Assembly (NCBI GenBank): GCA_031417495.1
Contig: JANOVQ010000639.1
Span: 1-32,934, forward strand
Length of the DNA stretch: 32,934 bases
DNA from: Pseudomonadota bacterium
GTDB lineage: Bacteria > Pseudomonadota > Gammaproteobacteria > Ga0077536
Direction of reading: 5' to 3'
Shown here: positions 1 to 8,496 of the stretch, in pieces
Position numbering within the stretch: position 1 is the stretch's first letter
Layout of the letters: the number at the start of each line of letters is the position of its first letter
The notes under the pieces: generated by a model
Told to the model about the DNA's origin: nothing
The model's database searches: none
What the model saw: only the letters and a program-made list of their open reading frames with translations
Translations under genes and position numbers: made by a program

Positions 1-54
1 CCTTTCATGCGCTTCCTGTGCGCCACCCAGGGCGCGCATTTTTGAGACGCCGCG

Positions 55-999
55 CTACTGCCATTCTCGCTCACGATAGGCTTTGCTCAGATTGCGACCA
101 TGCGCGCCTGGAACTAGCCAGTTTTTAGGTGTGGCAGTTTCGCCCGCGGCCATCACATCCTCGAGAAAATCCCCGTTTTTCAGCGCCCGTGTCACGGTCG
201 CCTGCAGGGTATGCAGATAGCGCCGCTGCGCGACAAGTGCGTTCGGCCATCCGACGACTCGCGGGCCATGGCCCGGGATAACGCGCGCGTAGCCCTCTCG
301 TGCAGCCTGCTGCATCCAGTGCTGCCAACCTTGGAGACTGCCATCCAATACTGGGAGACGCTCGACAAACAACAGGTCACCTGACCACAGGGTATTCGTC
401 GCGAGATCCAGCACCGTGAGATCCGCCGGACTGTGCGCCAGCGGGTGCGCGACCAGCCGCAGCCGGCGCGCGCCGAGATCGAGCACTAATTCCTGACCTT
501 CCTGCACCTGCAGCGTCGGTTCAACTAACTGTGGCGCCGGCGCGCCGGCGAGTTCAGCCTTAAAGCGTTCCAGAAAATACTGGCGGCTCGCGCCCATCAC
601 CGCCGCCAGATTCGCGTGCCCCACAAATTGGGGCTTGTCGACCATAAACGCCGCGTTACCGAGCACATGGTCGAAGTGGCCGTGGGTGTTAATCACGAAG
701 CAGATAGGCCTTTGGGTATGTGCTTTGATCTTCGCCCGCAAAGCCTGGCCAGTCGCGACACTGCCGCCGGCGTCAATGACGGCGACGCAGGTATTCCCGA
801 TGACGAAGCCGATGTTCGCGCTGTCGCCGCGCGCAGGATCGTCAATCCCCACTTGGCGGCCCTGATGGACGAACACGCCGGGAGCCACTTCCGCAAGATT
901 AAAATTTGGGTCATGCGAAGCGGCGGCGTGTGCGTTAAAAGCTGCCCAAAACAGGCCGCACAAATAGGCGCGTGCGAGATAAAGACGGCGTGGCTGCAT
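55..999 (-). CDS. Exported MBL-fold zinc metallohydrolase, SoxH-related (quinoprotein-relay-system type)
   Basis: Signal peptide ending AHA; MBL motifs VIDAG, THGHFDH (HxHxDH), AHS, SGDL and IPGHG; C-terminal NLSKAYREREW resembles SoxH-related proteins. Confidence 0.8.
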   Translation of the reverse strand: MQPRRLYLARAYLCGLFWAAFNAHAAASHDPNFNLAEVAPGVFVHQGRQVGIDDPARGDSANIGFVIGNTCVAVIDAGGSVATGQALRAKIKAHTQRPICFVINTHGHFDHVLGNAAFMVDKPQFVGHANLAAVMGASRQYFLERFKAELAGAPAPQLVEPTLQVQEGQELVLDLGARRLRLVAHPLAHSPADLTVLDLATNTLWSGDLLFVERLPVLDGSLQGWQHWMQQAAREGYARVIPGHGPRVVGWPNALVAQRRYLHTLQATVTRALKNGDFLEDVMAAGETATPKNWLVPGAHGRNLSKAYREREWQ

Positions 1000-1059
1000 A
1001 ACGCAAGGATTGGGGATCGCGCACTAAGCGTCAATCCCTGAAGGACCGCCGACAGGCTG

Positions 1060-1926
1060 CTAGCGCGCCTGACGTAGAGTCGCAGGCATGCTTACGGTTT
1101 CGCGGGTCCGGGCGAGATCCAGATTACGATAGAGGCTGTTGAGAATCTCGCGACCCTCTTTCGTCTGTTCGAGGTAGCGCACGGAGTCCGGGATAAACGG
1201 CACTACGTTGCGTTCGTAGAAGTTAGGATAAGCGTCGAGCAGATCGCGGGGTTGGCGGTAACCCGTATTTGAATTGAAGCCAATTTCTTCGAATTCGTAG
1301 AACACCGCGGACAATTTGTGCAGGTAGCGCGGATCACTCAGCTGACCAATCAAATCGGCCCCGCGCACGAGTCCCGGATAATCACCGTTTTGGAGGTAGG
1401 CAGGCTCATTCGGGACCGGGAAACGCGTGCGTTCGATACAAGCTTGAACCATCGAGATATCCACCATGGCCTCACCCTGCGCGTAATTCTCGGCCACGAA
1501 GCGCTTACCGCGATCTACATGGATAGGCATCAGGGTGGCGTCGCTGCTCCCCTGTGCGACGCGAACCGTGTGATTGCTGAGGCCGGTAGCGATGCGCTCT
1601 TTAGCATCGCTCAAACATACCCCGCGCACATAACCAATATCGTGGCAGGATAGCGCAACAACAACATTGAGCCAATCGTCCCGACTGACATCTCCTTCCA
1701 GAATCTGCCTGCCAAGGAGGATTTGCAGGCCCACCACGGTCACATACACCGTGTGCTCGACGTTGTGATAGAGCGCGTCACTCGCGGCGATTCTGCGCAG
1801 GGCATCGCCCGACACCTGTGTGGCGAGGGCAAGGTGGCCGGAGTCTGCGCCACCGAAGGACACCGCAAAATTCGCGCCCAGGCGATTCGCGACTTCCTCA
1901 GCCAATAATTGCGTGACGTTCAGCAT
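1060..1926 (-). CDS. HD-domain metal-dependent phosphohydrolase (Npun_R2479-like family)
   Basis: Motifs DALYHNVEHT, CHDIGY, HVDRGK and ADLIGQLSDPRYL; 288 aa with no other domain. Confidence 0.8.
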   Translation of the reverse strand: MLNVTQLLAEEVANRLGANFAVSFGGADSGHLALATQVSGDALRRIAASDALYHNVEHTVYVTVVGLQILLGRQILEGDVSRDDWLNVVVALSCHDIGYVRGVCLSDAKERIATGLSNHTVRVAQGSSDATLMPIHVDRGKRFVAENYAQGEAMVDISMVQACIERTRFPVPNEPAYLQNGDYPGLVRGADLIGQLSDPRYLHKLSAVFYEFEEIGFNSNTGYRQPRDLLDAYPNFYERNVVPFIPDSVRYLEQTKEGREILNSLYRNLDLARTRETVSMPATLRQAR

Positions 1927-2158
1927 CCGACTCTTCCAAAGTTGGTGATGTCGCAGGTTTCTGCGCGACCGCCGGCCCCCTCAAACGGGCTGCCTCACTC
2001 CACAGTAGCGGCGGCGAACGGGAGAAGTATAGGACGAGAACTCGCGGCGTGTGCGGTAATAGGCCCCTTTTCCAGAGGGAGTTAAGCTGCTGCGCCTAAC
2101 TCAAGATTGCGCGGTAGGGCGTCGTCCAGGAGTGAACCCGTAAGCGAGATCCGCGGTA

Positions 2159-4210
2159 ATGCCCACAAAACTCATTCAAGGGGCTCCCTTGCGCCAAACC
2201 CGCCCGGTGTTACACGCGTATTCGCGAGCTTGCGAATGGGGCTTTGCAGGCGCAATCGTCATTTATTGCCTGGGCTATCTCGCCTGGTACAGCACCACCG
2301 CGCTTGGCCGCTATCCAGTACTCGACGAGCGTGAGGTCCTTAATCTCGCACGCTTGATTGCGACCGGCGAGTTACCCGCCGAGGCCTTCTATCGTGCCCC
2401 GTTATTCTCTGGTCTGTTAGCGCTGCCATTATGGTTGGGAAGCGACCCGGCGGACCTTCCATTGCTTGCACGCGCGTTGAATTTCGGGCTGCATCTTACT
2501 TCCACTTTCCTAGTCTGGCGCATCGCCGGTGTCCTGTGGTGCGGCGCACGTGCCGCACAATATACCGCCGCGACTTTGATCGGCTTCAATCCGCTCTTGC
2601 TGCATTTTTGCGGTGATGCGCTCGACATCACCTGCGCAATAACCTGCATGCTGTTGGGCCTGAAGGCGCTGCTTGAGGCCTGTCACGGCGCAAAATGCAA
2701 TTTTGCCGCGTGGACCCGCAGTAGTGCATGGTTTGGGCTCAGTGCTTTAGCACGCCCTCAAATGCTGGCGTTGTCTTGCGTGCTGCCACTGCTCGCCGTG
2801 TTTTTTGCAGCATCCAGAACACGCCTCTGGAGCGCCGTTGGCGCGGCCGGACCAGCTTGCTTGCTGTTTATCTCGTTTGGCCTTGTTAACTATTATTTAG
2901 CGGACGATTTTCGGGTGTTGCCATGGCAGGGCGCATACAATTTCTGGTCCGCCAATCGACCTGGTGCTCACGGTCTTTACTTCGAGCAAACAATTCCGAT
3001 TTACACCGTTGACGAAAGCGCCAACACGGCGCGTCTCGAATCAGAAATTCTTTATCGTCGAGCGGCCCCTGCCGCGCCGGCGGATTATCAGGCGCAAACG
3101 AACTATTGGCGCACGCGTGGGTGGCAGGCCGTCGCGGCAGATCCCGTGCGATGGGTCGCGCTGATTGCGAGAAAAGCGGGTTACTTACTGAATAACGTTG
3201 AGCAGTACAACAACAAGACTTATTCGTTCCACAAAGCACGCTCACCTTGGCTGCGCTGGAACCCTCTCAGCTGGTCACTCTTGCTGGGACTCGGCGTTTG
3301 GGGAGGCGCTGGCGCATTCAGGCGACGGGGGATTCAGGCATTGACAATTTGCGCCCTGGCCTATGCGGCAGGCGTCTTGCTCTATTACGTAAGTGATCGA
3401 TTTCGCGCGCCGTTAGTGGTGTTCACCGCGCTGGCCGCTGGCGGTGTGTGGTACACGCCCAGCAAGCTTCGACACCGCGTCCCCGCGCTTTTGCTCGCGA
3501 TCAGTGTCACCGCACTTAGTCTTTTACCGATCCCCGTGGCAGAACGTACGCGCACCTACGTCCAGGATTATCTCGCGCTGGCCCGCGCCCACAGCCAGTT
3601 GGGAGAGCACCGCGCGGCGCGCGTTGCCGCGGAACACGCGCTCGCGCTCGCGCCACAGCGCCTGGCGGCACTGAGCCTGGCATGTGTCAGCCGCTTTAAC
3701 TGGTGGTTACACGAACCGGCCGCGCAATTGCCAGCGTCCATGTTGGTTGAATGGGCGGAGACCTGCCGTCGCGCGGCTACCTACTCGCCAGCCGCCATGC
3801 GCTTGTTAGGATTTTGGGAATGGCGCTCAGGGCACCGAGGCGCGGCACGGCAGCGTTGGGCTAAGCTGGCTGCGCAAAACAGCGAAGAACGTATTCAGGC
3901 GCTCGCGTGGTTGGCCCTGACCGGGGAACTTCGGGAACAGGACATCGAGATCGTAAAGAAGGAAGGCACTCAACCAGGTGGCGCGCCGCTGATGCTCGCG
4001 CTGGCCTATCGCGGCGACCGCGAAGCCCTTCGCGCGCTCACCGCGCATTGGCCATCCGCGCGCGTCGCGCGTGAGTTAACGAGCCTGCGCCGCTTGTTTG
4101 GGCCTAGCGCTTTAGCGCCGAGAGCCCGCTCGCCTGGGCCGCGAAGTGTGCTGCCAAACGATCAATATCCGCGTCGGTCAGCTCAAGGGCTTGAACCTGT
4201 GCAGCCATGA
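2159..4210 (+). CDS. Polytopic GT-C fold glycosyltransferase (PMT/ArnT-like) with C-terminal TPR-like helical region
   Basis: Many hydrophobic segments; DE dipeptide in the first external loop (YPVLDERE); YRAPL, RP and RFRAP motifs; Ala-rich helical C-terminus. The 3' end overlaps the convergent cytochrome c gene by 107 nt. Confidence 0.7.
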   Translation: MPTKLIQGAPLRQTRPVLHAYSRACEWGFAGAIVIYCLGYLAWYSTTALGRYPVLDEREVLNLARLIATGELPAEAFYRAPLFSGLLALPLWLGSDPADLPLLARALNFGLHLTSTFLVWRIAGVLWCGARAAQYTAATLIGFNPLLLHFCGDALDITCAITCMLLGLKALLEACHGAKCNFAAWTRSSAWFGLSALARPQMLALSCVLPLLAVFFAASRTRLWSAVGAAGPACLLFISFGLVNYYLADDFRVLPWQGAYNFWSANRPGAHGLYFEQTIPIYTVDESANTARLESEILYRRAAPAAPADYQAQTNYWRTRGWQAVAADPVRWVALIARKAGYLLNNVEQYNNKTYSFHKARSPWLRWNPLSWSLLLGLGVWGGAGAFRRRGIQALTICALAYAAGVLLYYVSDRFRAPLVVFTALAAGGVWYTPSKLRHRVPALLLAISVTALSLLPIPVAERTRTYVQDYLALARAHSQLGEHRAARVAAEHALALAPQRLAALSLACVSRFNWWLHEPAAQLPASMLVEWAETCRRAATYSPAAMRLLGFWEWRSGHRGAARQRWAKLAAQNSEERIQALAWLALTGELREQDIEIVKKEGTQPGGAPLMLALAYRGDREALRALTAHWPSARVARELTSLRRLFGPSALAPRARSPGPRSVLPNDQYPRRSAQGLEPVQP

Positions 4211-4460
4211 TCGGGTTGTTACGCCGACCATCGCGGTAGTCGCGCAGCGCATGCGCCAAGAAATCAGGGTGCTGCCCGGCCAGGATAGGATATTCGGGCA
4301 TGATCGGCTTCGCCCCATTCTCGCCGTGGCAGGCGGTGCAGGAGGCTAGTTTGTCTTCGAAAGGCAGCGTGTCTGCGGCGGCTTCTTCTTCGTTAGCGAG
4401 TGCAGAGCCGGCGGCGAGCAAGAGACCGCAGGTCACAAAAATCAAGCGCAATGAGGTCAT
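4104..4460 (-). CDS. Monoheme class I cytochrome c (c553/c4-like domain)
   Basis: Signal peptide (ALA), CTACH heme motif, YPILAGQ, distal Met in NPIMAAQ. Confidence 0.92.
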   Translation of the reverse strand: MTSLRLIFVTCGLLLAAGSALANEEEAAADTLPFEDKLASCTACHGENGAKPIMPEYPILAGQHPDFLAHALRDYRDGRRNNPIMAAQVQALELTDADIDRLAAHFAAQASGLSALKR

Positions 4461-4504
4461 GCTGGGTGTCTCCGGAATCTATGGATCTAGGCAGGGTAGG
4501 CCGA

Positions 4505-4828
4505 TTACTGACCTTGACCAGCAAAAAAGGCAGCGATGCTGGCGATCGCATCGTCCGTTAAGTTAACCGCATTGGCATGCATGGTGCCGTGCTTACGACT
4601 GCCATCGCGATACGCCTTGAGCGCGGCCGCGATGTACCCTGCCTGTTGTCCGCCAATTTTCGGCACATGATAGGACGGATACACATTGAAGTAGCCCTCT
4701 ATCCCATGACAGCCGAGGCACGTTTCCGCCGCCTGCTTCCCAGTGATCGCGCCTGCCTCCGCCAATGCAGCAGGGGTAGTCATGACGCACAGGCTGGCGA
4801 GCAACCCATAAATAAACCGCTTTGACAT
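4505..4828 (-). CDS. Monoheme class I cytochrome c (c553/c4-like domain)
   Basis: Signal peptide (ALA), CTxCH-type motif CLGCH, VPKIGGQ, distal Met in GTMHANA; GGAG RBS upstream. Confidence 0.92.
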   Translation of the reverse strand: MSKRFIYGLLASLCVMTTPAALAEAGAITGKQAAETCLGCHGIEGYFNVYPSYHVPKIGGQQAGYIAAALKAYRDGSRKHGTMHANAVNLTDDAIASIAAFFAGQGQ

Positions 4829-5200
4829 GCAATCGCTCCTCGACTCAGGTGCACGTCGCGGCGACGAGCAGGCTATCGAGTCGTTAAGTCCTGAGAGAGG
4901 TGGGCATGTGGTGACTTCCCCCAGTTCGAGTCCCCAATGCAGCGCGCATACTACTAAAAGCGCGCCGCCTTGGGGAAGTTGATCGTGTGCCCCGTCGACA
5001 GCCGTGACCTGATGCCATGTGCGCCAATCCTTGTTGAACTCGCCAACGGTCCGGCCCGAAAGCGCGCAGCCCGGTCAGTGCCTCGTTGCGTTGATAGGTG
5101 AAAATGATTAAGGTGCGGTCCGCTAAACATAAGATAGTTTCCAGGTTTAGCAGATAATTGCTCGCACCAATTAGCGAAAATCGATTCGGAGGAACCGCGC

Positions 5201-6190
5201 GTGGCGAAACCAAAAGCCAAGGCCCCGGCAACCAAGACGGGGCGATCAGCAACGCCCGCGAAAGCCAAAATCAGCGGCAAACAGCCGCCGGCGGGGGCGC
5301 AAAAAGCCGCTGCCAAAGCGAGCGCCCAAAAGCCTGCGGCAAAAGCCGCGAACGCGAAATCACCCGCCAAAAAAATCGCCAAGAAGGCGAAGAAAGCAGT
5401 GCCCAAATCCGCCCCGAAAGCCAAACCCTCGGCAGTCAAATCCACCACCAGCAAGGTAATCACCAAGAAGGTGCCACCTGCCACGGTAAAAACTGTGCGT
5501 AAGCCGCAACCCAAGACTCTGCCTGCCAAGGCCGCCACCAAGGTCGCAGCTGCCGCTCCGATAGCCGCCAAAAAATCCGTTGCCAAGCCTGCGTCGGCAA
5601 AGGCGCCAGCGCCACCAGTTCCGGCGAAAGTCGCTGAGTCCAAGAAACCGGCGGCGGGTCTGGCGGTGAAGCCGCCGGCAGAAACCAAGCCGAAAGTCGA
5701 GCCGCTCAAAAAAATAGCCAGTAAGCCCGTTCCCAAACCAGCCAGCGTAGTCCGGAAGGTCCTTAATCTGGACGAAATAAAACTTCCGAACGGGTATCGC
5801 CCGTCACCAAATGAAGATTACATGTGCCCGCAGCACCTGGCTTACTTCAGACAAAAGCTCCAGCGCTGGCGCCAGGAACTCATCCTCGAATCACAGGAAA
5901 CGCTGGAACATCTGCGCACTGAGACCCGCGACGTCGGTGACGAGGCGGAACGCGCTAGCCGCGAAAGCGACAATATCCTCGAACTGCGCACGCGTGACCG
6001 TTACCGCAAGTTACTCAACAAGATCGATCAGGCCTTGAAGCGTATTGAAGATGGCGCTTATGGCTTTTGCGAAGAAACCGGCGAAGACATTGGTCTCGGT
6101 CGACTGGAGGCGCGCCCGATTGCCACCTTGACGGTCGATGCACAGGAACGTCGTGAATTATTTCAAAGACAGTTCCGGGACGACCATTAG
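5201..6190 (+). CDS. dksA: RNA polymerase-binding factor DksA with long Lys/Ala/Pro-rich N-terminal extension
   Basis: GGAGG RBS before GTG. The C-terminal ~140 aa carry the DksA coiled coil (ELRTRDRYRKLLNKIDQAL) and YGFCEETGEDIGLGRLEARPIA. Confidence 0.93.
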   Translation: MAKPKAKAPATKTGRSATPAKAKISGKQPPAGAQKAAAKASAQKPAAKAANAKSPAKKIAKKAKKAVPKSAPKAKPSAVKSTTSKVITKKVPPATVKTVRKPQPKTLPAKAATKVAAAAPIAAKKSVAKPASAKAPAPPVPAKVAESKKPAAGLAVKPPAETKPKVEPLKKIASKPVPKPASVVRKVLNLDEIKLPNGYRPSPNEDYMCPQHLAYFRQKLQRWRQELILESQETLEHLRTETRDVGDEAERASRESDNILELRTRDRYRKLLNKIDQALKRIEDGAYGFCEETGEDIGLGRLEARPIATLTVDAQERRELFQRQFRDDH

Positions 6191-6244
6191 TGGAAAACCC
6201 GGGGATGCCATTATCCCCATCTGCCACTGCGGATTTCTGCTCTG

Positions 6245-7663
6245 ATGGCGCATGAGCAGATCCTGATCGTCGAAGACCAGCGCGCGGTCGCTGGGGCGCT
6301 GAAACTGCGGTTGCGGGGACTTGGTTACGATGTTTCCGCAATCGCCAAGGACGGCTTTGAAGCCATTGAGAAAGCCGCTGCGCTAAAGCCTGATTTAATC
6401 CTGATGGACGTGCGCCTCGGGGAGGGCATGGATGGGATCGAAACGGCGCAGCGGATTCGCGCCCGTCACGATATTCCGGTGATCTACATTTCGGCGCATG
6501 TCGATCTCAAGTTGCTCGAACGCGCGCGCGCAACGCGCCCTGCGGGCTTCATCAACAAACCCTTTACCACTAAAGATCTGCTGACTGCGATTGATCTCGC
6601 GCTCCATCGCGAACACTCCCCACTCACCAGCCCCAACCATGAGTCTGTGAATGAGGCGGCGGATGAACGTCCTACGGATGGTGTGATCACGGCGGATAGC
6701 GAAGGCCGAGTCGGTTTTGTGAACAACGCCGCTGAGTACATCATCGGCTGGCAACGCCGACAGGTGGTGGGGCGACCCTTGGCAGATTTGGTGGCCGTGC
6801 TCTACGACGTGCCGCTGATCGAGGCGACGGCAACCGTCACGCGGGTCATGCAGCTGGCCAGTGAGGAGAACTTGCCGCGACCACTGGGCGGACGCTTTGG
6901 CGGCAACGAACAATGCACCGATATGCTGACACCGCTCTACGATTCGCGCGGCCAGGTTTATGGTGTGGCGCTGAAACTCCTGGCCGGGGTTAAAGCCACT
7001 GCGAAGTTTGATCGCCAACCAACCGAACGTGCACTGCCTAAGGCGCTTGACGCGATTCCGCATGGCGTGTTGGTGGTGGGTGCAGATTTGCGCGTGCGTT
7101 ATCTGAACCGCAGTGCACGCGACACGTTGAGCCGTAATCGCGGGATCGAACTGCGCAATGACATTCTCACCATCAACGATAAGCAGCTCGATCAACGGTT
7201 CAAAGAATTGGTGCAGCTGGCCACCGCGAAAGCGCGGTTGGGTCAGGAACAGGCGAGTGGCGCGATGTTCGTCCGCGCGCCGATGTCGCGCGAGCAGGTG
7301 GAACTCATTGTGGCCCCGGTGCCGGCGAGTGGCAGTACCGAAGTTGACGTGCAGATTTTGGTGTATCTGTTTGATACCAGTAGCCCACGCCAGGTGTCGT
7401 TCGATGTCCTCACTGGTCTGTATGGCCTGACTCACACTGAAGCTAAGCTCGTGCAGTTCATGACCAACGGCATGACCTTGGATGAAGCCGCTGATGAACT
7501 CGCGATCTCCGTGAATACGGCACGCACGCACCTCAAGCACGTTTTCCATAAAACCGGGATCAACCGGCAAACAGAGCTAATCCATCGCATCGAAAGCGGA
7601 CCGGCGTCCTTGCTGGTCAGTTTCGAAGGCAGTCATTTAGCGGAACCTGCGACCCGCCGCTAG
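6245..7663 (+). CDS. Response regulator with REC, PAS-like and LuxR-type HTH domains
   Basis: REC (IVED, LMDV phosphoacceptor, NKPF); PAS-like DGVITADSEGRVGFVNNAAE; second PAS-like segment GVLVVGADLRVRYLN; LuxR HTH LTHTEAKL...ISVNTARTHLKHVFHKTG. Confidence 0.85.
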   Translation: MAHEQILIVEDQRAVAGALKLRLRGLGYDVSAIAKDGFEAIEKAAALKPDLILMDVRLGEGMDGIETAQRIRARHDIPVIYISAHVDLKLLERARATRPAGFINKPFTTKDLLTAIDLALHREHSPLTSPNHESVNEAADERPTDGVITADSEGRVGFVNNAAEYIIGWQRRQVVGRPLADLVAVLYDVPLIEATATVTRVMQLASEENLPRPLGGRFGGNEQCTDMLTPLYDSRGQVYGVALKLLAGVKATAKFDRQPTERALPKALDAIPHGVLVVGADLRVRYLNRSARDTLSRNRGIELRNDILTINDKQLDQRFKELVQLATAKARLGQEQASGAMFVRAPMSREQVELIVAPVPASGSTEVDVQILVYLFDTSSPRQVSFDVLTGLYGLTHTEAKLVQFMTNGMTLDEAADELAISVNTARTHLKHVFHKTGINRQTELIHRIESGPASLLVSFEGSHLAEPATRR

Positions 7664-7827
7664 CAGGGGCAACTCGCGCCCCGGCTTATTCGCCGGTCTT
7701 CAAAAATCTCCACTTGTCAGGGTGCAGTGGCACAGCTTAATCTTCGCCCACGGAGCTCCCTGCTGCGCAGGACGCGCGGCACGCTTCGTAAGGACTAATC
7801 AATGACTCAATGGAATGAGGAAACAAC

Positions 7828-8454
7828 ATGGAACGTTTATCTATTGCATGGCGTGCACCGACCCTGGCTGCCGCCCTCGCACTCTCGACTAATCTCGTCA
7901 CCGCGAATGCCGCGGTGCTCGCGCGCTTCGATTTTGAAGATGCAAATGGCGCGTTTACGCCCGCAGCCGAGGATCTCGCGGCCAATTTAAGCACCGGAGG
8001 ATGGCGCGACGCAGATGGCTTTTTGCAAAGCGCAAAAGAGCCCGCAGGTTTCTCCATCAGCACCCGCTCGTTTCACGATGGCAATCAGCTATTGCTGTCT
8101 CTCGCGCCAATGCCTGGCTTCGAGCTGCGGCTGAGTGACCTCAGTTTTGATGCCCGCGTATCGGCCACGGGCCCTGGCGCATGGCAGCTGCACTTGGCCG
8201 GTAATCAAATCGCGAGCGGCACCACGGCGACGAGCTTCAAGACCGAGCATGTCACTTTGAACTCTGCGCTGTTCACCGCTCCACTCGAACTCGCGCTGCG
8301 TGCAAGCGGGGCCAGTTCTGCGGCCGGTACCCTGCGGCTGGATAACTTCGTGTTGCAGGGCAGCCTGCAACCGGTGGTGAATGCGGTGCCTGTTCCCGCG
8401 CTGGGTTGGTTATTTGGTGGCAGTGTGCTGGGGTTGCTGCGTAGGCGGCGGTAG
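7828..8454 (+). CDS. Secreted protein with PEP-CTERM/VPLPA-CTERM sorting signal
   Basis: GAGG RBS; signal peptide ending ANA; C-terminus VPVPALGWLFGGSVLGLLRRRR (motif, TM helix, Arg cluster). Confidence 0.85.
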   Translation: MERLSIAWRAPTLAAALALSTNLVTANAAVLARFDFEDANGAFTPAAEDLAANLSTGGWRDADGFLQSAKEPAGFSISTRSFHDGNQLLLSLAPMPGFELRLSDLSFDARVSATGPGAWQLHLAGNQIASGTTATSFKTEHVTLNSALFTAPLELALRASGASSAAGTLRLDNFVLQGSLQPVVNAVPVPALGWLFGGSVLGLLRRRR

Positions 8455-8463
8455 GACCGTGCG

Positions 8464-8494
8464 CTGGCGATCACCAACGCTTGGTGATCGCCAG
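8464..8494. terminator. Perfect 14-bp inverted repeat between convergent genes, probable terminator
   Basis: CTGGCGATCACCAA-cgc-TTGGTGATCGCCAG followed by TTT, lying between the PEP-CTERM and addA stops. Confidence 0.75.
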
Positions 8495-8496
8495 TT

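Noticed and set aside
4915-4940. GTTCGAGTC resembling a tRNA T-loop
   Set aside because: The flanks do not pair into a T-stem, and no acceptor, D or anticodon arms were found.
4954-5736. 260-aa hydrophobic ORF on the minus strand
   Set aside because: Antisense shadow of the low-complexity K/A/P tail of dksA.
6395-7570. 391-aa minus-strand ORF
   Set aside because: Antisense to the well-supported response regulator; no motifs; typical of GC-rich DNA.
7728-7795. Possible sigma54 promoter for the PEP-CTERM gene (TGGCAC, CGGCAC)
   Set aside because: Neither -24 element has the required GC at -12.
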